This document shows positions 32,333 through 39,643 of a stretch of 39,643 nt of DNA, one piece after another (position 1 is the stretch's first letter; each line of letters opens with the position of its first letter). The DNA comes from Gemmatimonadota bacterium (GTDB lineage Bacteria; Blakebacterota; Blakebacteria; Blakebacterales; Blakebacteraceae), in assembly GCA_030631625.1 (NCBI GenBank), contig DAOVKT010000002.1, forward strand, positions 1-39,643, written 5' to 3'. Under the pieces are notes generated by a model. That model worked only from the letters and a program-made list of their open reading frames with translations. It was not told the origin of the DNA and did no database searches. The translations under genes and the position numbers were made by a program.

Positions 32333-32811
32333 TGTGGGCCTTCGGCCTGTCGGCTCTGATAGTGGTGCTGGACCAGGCTACCAAAGCGCTTGTCGCCGCC
32401 ACAATGTCTCCAAACCAGAGTATTCCGATCGCGGGATTCCTTCTGCGTATCACCTATATCCGTAACCCCTCGGCGGCTTTCGGCCTCAGCCTCGGTCCGG
32501 CAACCTTCTACATCATCTTCAGCGTGGTCGCCTCCCTGGTGGTCAGCTACTACATAGTCAAGCTGCCGAAGAGGGATCACTGGCCCCGGATCGCTCTGGC
32601 GATGATCCTTGCAGGCGCTGTCGGCAATCTGATCGACCGCCTACGATTCGGCGAGGTGGTGGACTTCATACAGGTCGGACTCTCCGAGAGACTGGTCTGG
32701 CCTATATTCAACGTCGCCGATATGGGAGTGTCGGTGGGCGTGGTTCTTCTGATGCTCTTCTTCCTGGTCGTGGGAGAGGGGGATAAAGAGGATGGCCGGC
32801 TCGAAGCCTGA
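32332..32811 (+). CDS. lspA: signal peptidase II (lipoprotein signal peptidase)
   Basis: TGATG overlap with the upstream stop. 'IRNPSAAFGL', 'GAVGNLIDRLRFGEVVDFI', 'WPIFNVADMGVSVG'. Confidence 0.9.
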   Translation: MWAFGLSALIVVLDQATKALVAATMSPNQSIPIAGFLLRITYIRNPSAAFGLSLGPATFYIIFSVVASLVVSYYIVKLPKRDHWPRIALAMILAGAVGNLIDRLRFGEVVDFIQVGLSERLVWPIFNVADMGVSVGVVLLMLFFLVVGEGDKEDGRLEA

Positions 32812-33937
32812 ACGGCGCGAGCTCACAGTTACCTCCCAGCCTGGATTGCCCACCACACCCCAGGAGGATGGGGAGCGCCTCGATCACTTCCTCGGACGGC
32901 AGTTCGAAGATCTTTCCCGCTCACGCATAGAAGCTCTGATTAAGGAAGAAGCTGTAACGGTAGACGGGCGAAGGCCGAAAGGAAGCCGGCCGGCCGTGCC
33001 CGGGCAGGTGATCGTCCTCGTGGTGCCGCCAGCCCAGGAGCCTTCTCTCGATCCGGAGAATATCCCTCTCGACATCCGCTATGAGGACAGACATCTGGTA
33101 GTTGTCAACAAACCTCCCGGCATGGTGGTTCATCCCGCCCCCGGCCATCCCTCCGGCACGCTGGTGAACGCCCTTCTCTACCACTGCCGCGATCTGTCCG
33201 GTATAGGGGGTGTGCTGCGTCCAGGTATCGTTCACCGCCTGGACAAAGACACCTCGGGCCTGCTGGTGGTTGCCAAGAGCCAGGTGGTGCACATTGCGCT
33301 GGCGGCCGCGATGAAGGAGCGGAAGATCCATCGACTCTACAATGCGGTCGTCTGGGGGCACCCGGAACCGGAGGAGGGCACCATCGAGACCTGGATAGGG
33401 CGCAACCGCACCGACCGGAAGCGTATGGCGGCCTTCGAGCCGCACAAAACCGCTCTTGAAAAACGATGGGGAAGACCTGGGGAGGAGGAAAGGATGCTGA
33501 AGGGAAGCAGGACAGTTCGAGCCGCTCCTCAGGACGGAACCCCGTGGATTCCTCGGGGAGCTCGACCAGCAGTCACAAGGTACCGAACTATCACGCGGTA
33601 TGATGTGGTCTCTTCAGTGGAGTGTGTCCTCGAGACCGGCCGGACCCACCAGATCAGGGTGCATTTCTCCCACTCTGGTCACCCCGTTGTAGGAGACCCG
33701 ATGTATGGAGGCCGTAAAAAGGCGGTGCGCGGATTTATGCCGGAAAAGCGCACCAGGGCCGAATCTCTTCTCGATGTGATGCCGCGGCAGGCACTTCACT
33801 CATTACGTCTTCAATTCGAGCATCCGGTGAGCGGCGAGGAGATATCTATAGAAGCTGAACTTCCACCCGATATGCAGCATCTAATGCAGCAACTGGCTGC
33901 TATTGGTTTCCATCCGGATACTCTGGATGGGTACTAG
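32792..33937 (+). CDS. rluD: RluA-family 23S rRNA pseudouridine synthase (RluD-like) with internal insertion
   Basis: S4-like region 'RLDHFL...SRSRIEALIKEEAVTVDG', catalytic 'HRLDKDTSGLLVVAK', 'GRTHQIRVHFSHSGHPVVGDPMYG'. 20-nt overlap with lspA. Confidence 0.85.
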   Translation: MAGSKPERRELTVTSQPGLPTTPQEDGERLDHFLGRQFEDLSRSRIEALIKEEAVTVDGRRPKGSRPAVPGQVIVLVVPPAQEPSLDPENIPLDIRYEDRHLVVVNKPPGMVVHPAPGHPSGTLVNALLYHCRDLSGIGGVLRPGIVHRLDKDTSGLLVVAKSQVVHIALAAAMKERKIHRLYNAVVWGHPEPEEGTIETWIGRNRTDRKRMAAFEPHKTALEKRWGRPGEEERMLKGSRTVRAAPQDGTPWIPRGARPAVTRYRTITRYDVVSSVECVLETGRTHQIRVHFSHSGHPVVGDPMYGGRKKAVRGFMPEKRTRAESLLDVMPRQALHSLRLQFEHPVSGEEISIEAELPPDMQHLMQQLAAIGFHPDTLDGY

Positions 33938-33976
33938 TGAGGTTTCTAGTTTGGAAACGAGCAATTTTGCGCAAGG

Positions 33977-35278
33977 TCAAGGAAATCGGTAAATGAATTG
34001 ACCCTGAGGTGGGGTGGGTTGATGGGTGTGGCCCCAGGCCAGTGCCTCCAGGGTGGGGCGGGCGCTGCCGACGAACAGGTGATCCCCCAAGAACGCCAGC
34101 TTCACACCTACGTGCTCGAACGGCAGCGGGATGAAGTCCTGGAACCAGCCCCCGCGGCTGAACGTGACCAGCCCGAATTCACCCTCCTGGTGCCCGGGTG
34201 CCACCAGCAGCCGCTCGTTTCCCCACCATGCGAACCCGGCGGCATTCCCGCCCGGCATACTGTTTCTCCTCAGTGATATCGAATCCTTCATTGCGCTGTG
34301 GAAGCTCGATGTGCTAACCAGGATCGCTTCGGAGAGTTTGTAGAGGGTCGGGAATGCGCTGTTCTCATATGCAGCGTATCGGATCAGGTAGAGGTCGTTC
34401 GAATCGGCGGTGAGGGCGACTCCTCCGTGATTCGACCAGGGTAGCAGAGCCAATCGCCGCCATGTCCCGCCTGTGACTGGTACCCGGCGGATCTCGGTTG
34501 CAGTGGTTCCGTAGTAGTAGTCGCCCAGGCGGCAGAAGCTGTGTGGAGGATTGGAGGCAACGACCTGATCCTGTTCCTCACCCTGTGAGTTCCACAGACG
34601 GATGGTGCCCGACTCGAGGATCGCCAGGCCACCTCCCCAGGAGGTTATCGCACCGGAAGTGCTCAATTTGCCTGATGGGGCCTGATATACGCCAAGTCCG
34701 GGGGTGATTTCTATCACCCGCAGAATCGAACCTTCAAAGTCTGAGCCGGGTGTGACCCTCAGCCGGACGTAGTTGTTCGATCCCAGAAGGGGAGTGGCGG
34801 AGGTTGGGTCTGTCCAGCCGCTGCGCCACCAGAGATCGAAGGGGTCAAGCCCGCTTACCGTTCGGTTGAACAGAAGCCGCCATTCGGCACTGCTCTCCAC
34901 CCAGCCTTCCACGACGACCTGCCCGGTGGATACGCTCAGTACAGCCTCAATGATGGCGCCAGTCTGAATGGCCTGTCGCTCGGCGAGTGAGAGGGAGTAG
35001 CGTAGATGGATGAGGGTGCCGGCCCCGCCGCTGTCAGGAACAGAGGCGAAGAATTCCTGTGTAACCAGCTCCTTCGGAACCAGGGAGAGTACGCGCAGTG
35101 TCTCGTCCGGATCCTGCGGCGGCTCGAGCACGCCGCACGCCCCAATCAGGCAAAGCGCGGCTGTTATCATGATGATGAAGGACCGCCCCGTTAGCTCGTC
35201 ATCATTTCGGAGCGGCCCTTTCATGATGATGAAGGACCGCCCCGTTAGCACGTCATCATTTCGGAGCGGCCCTTTCAT
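33977..35278 (-). CDS. orphan lipoprotein, unknown function (possibly beta-propeller-like)
   Basis: Lipobox 'ALCLIGAC'. Three in-frame ATGs (35278, 35224, 35170) created by a 54-bp duplication. 35224 or 35278 gives a normal positively charged n-region; 35170 gives none. No recognisable motif in the mature part. Confidence 0.6.
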   Translation of the reverse strand: MKGPLRNDDVLTGRSFIIMKGPLRNDDELTGRSFIIMITAALCLIGACGVLEPPQDPDETLRVLSLVPKELVTQEFFASVPDSGGAGTLIHLRYSLSLAERQAIQTGAIIEAVLSVSTGQVVVEGWVESSAEWRLLFNRTVSGLDPFDLWWRSGWTDPTSATPLLGSNNYVRLRVTPGSDFEGSILRVIEITPGLGVYQAPSGKLSTSGAITSWGGGLAILESGTIRLWNSQGEEQDQVVASNPPHSFCRLGDYYYGTTATEIRRVPVTGGTWRRLALLPWSNHGGVALTADSNDLYLIRYAAYENSAFPTLYKLSEAILVSTSSFHSAMKDSISLRRNSMPGGNAAGFAWWGNERLLVAPGHQEGEFGLVTFSRGGWFQDFIPLPFEHVGVKLAFLGDHLFVGSARPTLEALAWGHTHQPTPPQGQFIYRFP

Positions 35279-35281
35279 GAT
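35167..35281. repeat. 54-bp tandem direct repeat, 2 full units plus a 7-nt partial, with 1 mismatch
   Basis: 35167..35220 and 35221..35274 are identical except at 35196 (t) versus 35250 (a). tcatgat then recurs at 35275..35281. Confidence 0.95.
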
Positions 35282-38167
35282 TCAGTTCCGGCCCGCCGTT
35301 CTGGGGTCGGGTTTCAGTTCGATTATTGTGCTGGTGGATATTTCTCCGTAAGTGACGGTGAGCTTGTAACTGCCGGGGTCAAGAGGTCGTTGGGGAGTTT
35401 CGCCCGGTTGGGGACGACGCATTCCCGTTCCGAAACGGGGCCGGATGGGAACCTCCACCATGTTCAGTCCCCTCTCACCAGGACCATCGATATCCCTCAT
35501 AGTTGACCCGTCAATCCCGTCCACGGTGATCTTCACATTCTCGACCGGCTTGCCAACCCAGTAGTTGATCTTGAAGCTTGTGGGTGGGTTCTGGCCACTG
35601 AAGATTTTATCGCCCGGCCAGCTCTGATCCATCCGGTAGTTCCAGGCCGTTGCGGGCTGGATGTCCAGGAGCTCGAAGTCTTTCTCCATCACCTCGGGGG
35701 TCAGCGACTGGATGCCGGAAACATCGTCCATCACCCACAGGCTCAGACCGTGGGTGGCGATTATCAGGTCGCGGTCGCGCGGGTGGACCACCAGATCGTG
35801 AACCGGTACAACCGGCAGGTTGTTGCTGAACGGTGACCAGGTCTCTCCCTTGTCGAGGGAGACGTAGACCCCGTGTTCGGTGCCCAGGTATACCAGGTTG
35901 GGGTTGACCGGGTCTTCGGTGATCACGTATGCGGGATCGTCTGTGGGCAGGCCGCCTCCCAGGCGCTTCCAGCTCTGGCCGAAGTCGTCTGTGCGGAGTA
36001 CGTATGTGGTGATGTCGCCGAATCGGTGGCCGTCGAAGGTCACATACGCCCGTCCCAGTTCGTGTCCGCTGGGTCGAACGCGGCTGACCCAGGTGTTGGC
36101 CGGCACCCCCTGGATGTTGCCGGTTACATCGGTCCAATTGATGCCGCCATCGCGGGTGAAGTGGACCAGCCCGTCGTCGGTGCCGACCCAGACGATGCCA
36201 GGCAGGATCGGGGATTCTCCGATGGTGATGATGGTGCAGTGTTTTTCCGCTCCCGTCTGCATATCTCCGCGGTTCTGAGCGTTGAACTTGGTCGAATCGG
36301 CTGTGGTAAGGTCGGGGCTGATGATCGTCCAGGTGTCTCCTCTGTTCACGCTCTTGAAGAGCACGTTGCCGCCGAAGTAGATAGTCTTCGGGTTGTGGGG
36401 GGAGATCAGTATCGGCGAGCTCCAGTTGAACCGGAACGATGTCCCCGGCTCTGGCGCCGGGACTATGTTGGATTGCGTTCCTACTCTCCCACTCATCATG
36501 AACTGGCGCTGCCTTTCGGAGATATTGCGCATCTGACCCCGCGGCGCCCGCGGACTGATTGATTTCGACTCCCCTGTGGTGAGGTTTAACCGTGTGATTC
36601 TGCCTCCCTGGCTCTCGGCGTAGAGGATCAGGTCGGGGTCTTCGGGGTCGACCTGCGCGTGGAAACCGTCACCCCCGAGGAAGAAGTGCCAGTCGCTGTT
36701 GAGGATGCCCGACGGGCTGAAGGTGGCGTGAGGGCCGCCCCAGGTACCGTTGTCCTGCAGGCCTCCGTAGACGTTGTAAGGTATGGCCATGTCATAGCCG
36801 ACTGCGTAGAACTGGCCGAGGGGCAGGTTGTGGGCGAAGTCCCACGTCACGCCCTGGTCCCAGGAGATCGATACACCGCCGTCAGAACCCACAATCAGGT
36901 GATCGGTGTTGTTTGGGTCTATCCACATGGCGTGGAAGTCGACGTGATGACTTCCCGTAATGTCTGTGACCCCGCGCACTTCAGCGTCACCCCCTCCTCC
37001 GGATCCGCGCTGACCTACTGCACTCTCGTAGTTGTCGACCCACTTCACAGCTTCCTCCACGTCCGCCTTGAAGAGTCTGCTCTCGACCAGGTAGACCCGG
37101 TTAGCGTCGTGCGGGTCGACGCGGACCTGGCAGTAATAGAAGGGGCGCCCGTTCCGCCGGTCAAAGCGCTGCCAGGTCTGGCCCCCGTCTTCGCTGCGGT
37201 AGGTGCCGTTCAGACTGGGCCTCGACATCCCCCTGCCGAAACGGGCCGCCCGTTCGACCTGCGCCGAGTCGGGCTGCGGGGCATTGGGGTCGTCTGCGAA
37301 GTTCTCGATGCGGGCGTAGATTATCGAGGGGTCATCAGGGAAGATATCAAGGCTGCTCTTTCCGTTCTGGTCCGACGGGGGCAGTCCGTTACCCTCCAGG
37401 CGGGTCCAGGTGGCTCCGGCGTCGGTCGATTTCCATATACCGTTATTGGGACCGCCGCCGCTGAGGAACACCCACGGTTTCCGCTCCCTCTCCCAGGAGG
37501 TAGCGTAGACTGTATCGGGATTCTTCGGGTCGAGGATTACGTCGTAGAAACCTGTGCCGTCCTCGAAGCCTTTCAACTTTCTCCACTGCTCCCCGCCGTC
37601 AGTAGACTTGTAGAGCCCGCGGTCGCCCCTGGTTTTACTCCACAGGTTCCCAAGGGCTGCCACGTAGACCACCATAGGGTCGCGGGGATCAACGACGATC
37701 CGGCCGATGTGGAATGTGTACTCCAGACCCTTGTGCTGCCAGGTCTCGCCACCGTCGGTCGAGCGCCAGACACCGTCACCCCAGCTGATCGAGTTGCGGG
37801 AGTGGGGCTCTCCCATGCCGATATAGATGACGTCGGGGTCGGAGGGGGCTATCGCGATATCCCCGACGGCAGCCGTCTTATCCCCCTGGAAGACCTGTTC
37901 CCAGGTGGTTCCGTTGTTTATGGTTTTCCACAGGCCGCCGGCTGCTGCGGCCATATACATGATTGAGGCTTCGCCGCCGGGCGGTATCGCTATATCGGAA
38001 ACCCTTCCCGACATGATAGCGGGACCTATCTGGCGCCACTGGTATCCTCCGAATATCGGGTTTTCGGCTTCCTGTTCCTGGCCCTGTGCCTGGATGGGAG
38101 CCGTCGCCACCAGCACCGGCATCAGCAACAGTATAGAAAGGGACCTGAGAAGAGGGTTGATACGCAT
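35282..38167 (-). CDS. secreted BNR/Asp-box repeat protein, sortilin/VPS10-like (GH74-like fold)
   Basis: Signal peptide 'MRINPLLRSLSILLLMPVLVATAPIQAQG' from ATG 38167. About 9 Asp-boxes: 'STDGGETW', 'STDGGEQW', 'STDAGATW', 'SEDGGQTW', 'SWDQGVTW', 'SVNRGDTW', 'TRDGGINW', 'TDDFGQSW', 'SLDKGETW'. Confidence 0.8.
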   Translation of the reverse strand: MRINPLLRSLSILLLMPVLVATAPIQAQGQEQEAENPIFGGYQWRQIGPAIMSGRVSDIAIPPGGEASIMYMAAAAGGLWKTINNGTTWEQVFQGDKTAAVGDIAIAPSDPDVIYIGMGEPHSRNSISWGDGVWRSTDGGETWQHKGLEYTFHIGRIVVDPRDPMVVYVAALGNLWSKTRGDRGLYKSTDGGEQWRKLKGFEDGTGFYDVILDPKNPDTVYATSWERERKPWVFLSGGGPNNGIWKSTDAGATWTRLEGNGLPPSDQNGKSSLDIFPDDPSIIYARIENFADDPNAPQPDSAQVERAARFGRGMSRPSLNGTYRSEDGGQTWQRFDRRNGRPFYYCQVRVDPHDANRVYLVESRLFKADVEEAVKWVDNYESAVGQRGSGGGGDAEVRGVTDITGSHHVDFHAMWIDPNNTDHLIVGSDGGVSISWDQGVTWDFAHNLPLGQFYAVGYDMAIPYNVYGGLQDNGTWGGPHATFSPSGILNSDWHFFLGGDGFHAQVDPEDPDLILYAESQGGRITRLNLTTGESKSISPRAPRGQMRNISERQRQFMMSGRVGTQSNIVPAPEPGTSFRFNWSSPILISPHNPKTIYFGGNVLFKSVNRGDTWTIISPDLTTADSTKFNAQNRGDMQTGAEKHCTIITIGESPILPGIVWVGTDDGLVHFTRDGGINWTDVTGNIQGVPANTWVSRVRPSGHELGRAYVTFDGHRFGDITTYVLRTDDFGQSWKRLGGGLPTDDPAYVITEDPVNPNLVYLGTEHGVYVSLDKGETWSPFSNNLPVVPVHDLVVHPRDRDLIIATHGLSLWVMDDVSGIQSLTPEVMEKDFELLDIQPATAWNYRMDQSWPGDKIFSGQNPPTSFKINYWVGKPVENVKITVDGIDGSTMRDIDGPGERGLNMVEVPIRPRFGTGMRRPQPGETPQRPLDPGSYKLTVTYGEISTSTIIELKPDPRTAGRN

Positions 38168-38322
38168 TCGCTCAATTTCCTTGCTGGATTGATACGTCTG
38201 TTCACGCATGGGGTGTAAGGATGTGCATAACATAATGTATTATATATTGTGCAATCAGCCTGATTTCCACCTTCAACCGGTGCGTTATTGACCGTCCGGA
38301 GGTGCGCTGGTAGTTTCATCAT

Positions 38323-39643
38323 ATGGCTTCGAAATCCACTCTCTTCCTGATCGATGGAACCGCGCTTGCCTACCGGGGCTATTTCGCGTTCATAAAGAAC
38401 CCCCTAATCAGTTCGAGAGGTGAGAATACCAGCGCGCCATTTGCATTCACCAATTCACTGCTGAAGCTGATCCGCGAGTTCGAACCCACGCATTTAGCGG
38501 TTGTTTTCGATGCCCCCGGTAAGACGTTCCGCCACGAACGGTACGAGCAATACAAGGCAACACGGGAGAAGATGCCCGAAGACCTTGCCCAGAGCCTGCC
38601 CCGCGTTCACCAGGTCGTGGAGGCGATGTCGATTCCGATTATCGAAGTGGAAGGCTTCGAGGCAGACGATGTAATGGGGACGCTGGCCAGAAAAGGGAGC
38701 GAGGAAGGGATAGACGTTTTTCTGGTCACCAGCGACAAGGACTTCATGCAGTGCCTGGACGGGCATGTGAGAATGCTGAAACCGGGTCGGAGGGGGGACG
38801 AATACAGGACGTTCACGGCCGCTGACGTACGCGAGCGGTACGGCGTGGAACCCCGGCAGGTCATTGACATCCTGGGGCTTATGGGGGACAGCTCCGACAA
38901 TGTTCCCGGCGTTCCCCAGGTCGGTGAAAAGACAGCTCAGAAACTGGTCCAGGAATACGGCTCTATTGAGTCGGTCCTCGAGCATGCGGGGGAGGTGAGC
39001 CAAGCGAGGGTACGGGAGAACCTGGCTGCCTACGCAGATCAGGCGCGGCTCAGCAAAGAACTCGTAACCATCGATACTGACGTACCTTTAGATATCTCTC
39101 CGGAGGATCTCACTTTCGAGGGTTTCAACATCCCGGTGCTGGTAGATCTGTTTAACGACCTGGAGTTTACCTCTCTCACCCGGGAGCTGCTCCAGGAGGG
39201 CGAGGAGGCGGGTACCGACTCCGATGAAAAGGAGTACATACTTGTAGACTCGGCTGAAGAGGCGGAACGGATTATCGGGAAGCTGACCGAGGCCGAAATC
39301 GTTGCGGTGGACCTCGAGACGACAGACCTTAACCCGCTCAGGGCGCGGGTTGTGGGGATAAGCCTCTCCGTCGAATCCCAAAAGGCCTTCTACCTGCCCC
39401 TGCGTCACACCAGGGGAAAGAACCTGCCGGCGGAAGAAACACTTTCGAAGCTGGCGGCGATCCTGCAGGACCCGGGAGTCCCCAAGGTGGGGCACAACAT
39501 CAAGTACGACGCGCTGGTACTCCGGAACGAGGGCATCAGCCTGCAGGGAATCGCTTTCGATACCATGGTGGCTTCCTATCTGCTAAATCCCTCCAGGCGC
39601 CAGCACGGCCTCGATTCCCTTGCCCTCGAGTACCTGCAGCACA
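38323..39643 (+). CDS. polA: DNA polymerase I, 5' part (5'-3' exonuclease and start of the 3'-5' exonuclease domain); runs off the window
   Basis: Not in the ORF track because no stop lies in the window. Translated by hand from ATG 38323: 'MASKSTLFLIDGTALAYRGYFAF...HLAVVFDAPGKTFRHERYEQYKATRE...GFEADDVMGTLA...GDSSDNVPGVPQVGEKTAQKL...VAVDLETTDLNP...GHNIKYDALVL'. Confidence 0.9.
   Translation, partial: MASKSTLFLIDGTALAYRGYFAFIKNPLISSRGENTSAPFAFTNSLLKLIREFEPTHLAVVFDAPGKTFRHERYEQYKATREKMPEDLAQSLPRVHQVVEAMSIPIIEVEGFEADDVMGTLARKGSEEGIDVFLVTSDKDFMQCLDGHVRMLKPGRRGDEYRTFTAADVRERYGVEPRQVIDILGLMGDSSDNVPGVPQVGEKTAQKLVQEYGSIESVLEHAGEVSQARVRENLAAYADQARLSKELVTIDTDVPLDISPEDLTFEGFNIPVLVDLFNDLEFTSLTRELLQEGEEAGTDSDEKEYILVDSAEEAERIIGKLTEAEIVAVDLETTDLNPLRARVVGISLSVESQKAFYLPLRHTRGKNLPAEETLSKLAAILQDPGVPKVGHNIKYDALVLRNEGISLQGIAFDTMVASYLLNPSRRQHGLDSLALEYLQH

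Noticed and set aside
35167-35281. Mini-CRISPR array or transposon terminal repeat
   Set aside because: The two units are directly adjacent with no spacers, so this is not a CRISPR array. There are no cas or transposase genes and no inverted terminal copy in the window. It is a simple in-frame tandem duplication.
35873-37966. Plus-strand ORFs 35873..36562 and 36659..37966 (229 and 435 aa)
   Set aside because: They lie antisense to the BNR/Asp-box gene. The nine Asp-box motifs are on the minus strand. The plus-strand products are Val/Gly/Pro/Arg-rich with no motif.

Overview
GC-rich (about 60% by eye) chromosomal segment, apparently from an uncultivated diderm bacterium. Many genes have strong GGAGG-type Shine-Dalgarno sites. 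I could not place the lineage from sequence alone. I call about 33 protein genes, packed into tightly coupled operons with ATGA, GTGA and TGATG stop/start overlaps. I found no rRNA, tRNA, CRISPR array, transposase, integrase or prophage signature, so this is mostly core genome rather than an accessory island.

Gene content, left to right:
- Two divergently arranged MacB/LolCDE-type ABC modules. One sits with a DsbD-N-like secreted protein; the other is translationally coupled to an output-less tandem-receiver (REC-REC) protein.
- Two tandem paralogous secreted small beta-barrel proteins.
- The MrfA/MrfB (YprA/YprB) helicase-exonuclease repair pair.
- gcvPA-gcvPB, followed by an NAD-kinase-like gene and an SDR oxidoreductase.
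- A 14-blade Reg_prop/Y_Y_Y envelope sensor.
- Cyanobacterial/plant-type ispH, an orphan small ORF and yjbQ.
- A four-gene ECF sigma / zf-HC2 anti-sigma / TPR-HEAT / HEAT operon ending in a clear intrinsic terminator.
- A Bacillus-like division-distal block: yggS, yggT, divIVA, PNP-like gene, ileS (type 2), dksA-like gene, lspA, rluD.
- A sortilin/BNR Asp-box protein plus an orphan lipoprotein.
- The 5' part of polA, which runs off the window.

Best candidates for something undescribed:
1. The propeller sensor. Its whole cytoplasmic part is a short CxxC...CxxC module, with no known output domain.
2. A near-perfect 54-bp tandem duplication over the lipoprotein start. It has sense-strand-specific hairpin and pseudoknot potential.
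3. A PNP-family protein with a rewired base-binding pocket, embedded between divIVA and ileS.
4. The ECF / anti-sigma / exported HEAT-repeat module.

All functional calls rest on motifs read by eye. No database search was run.
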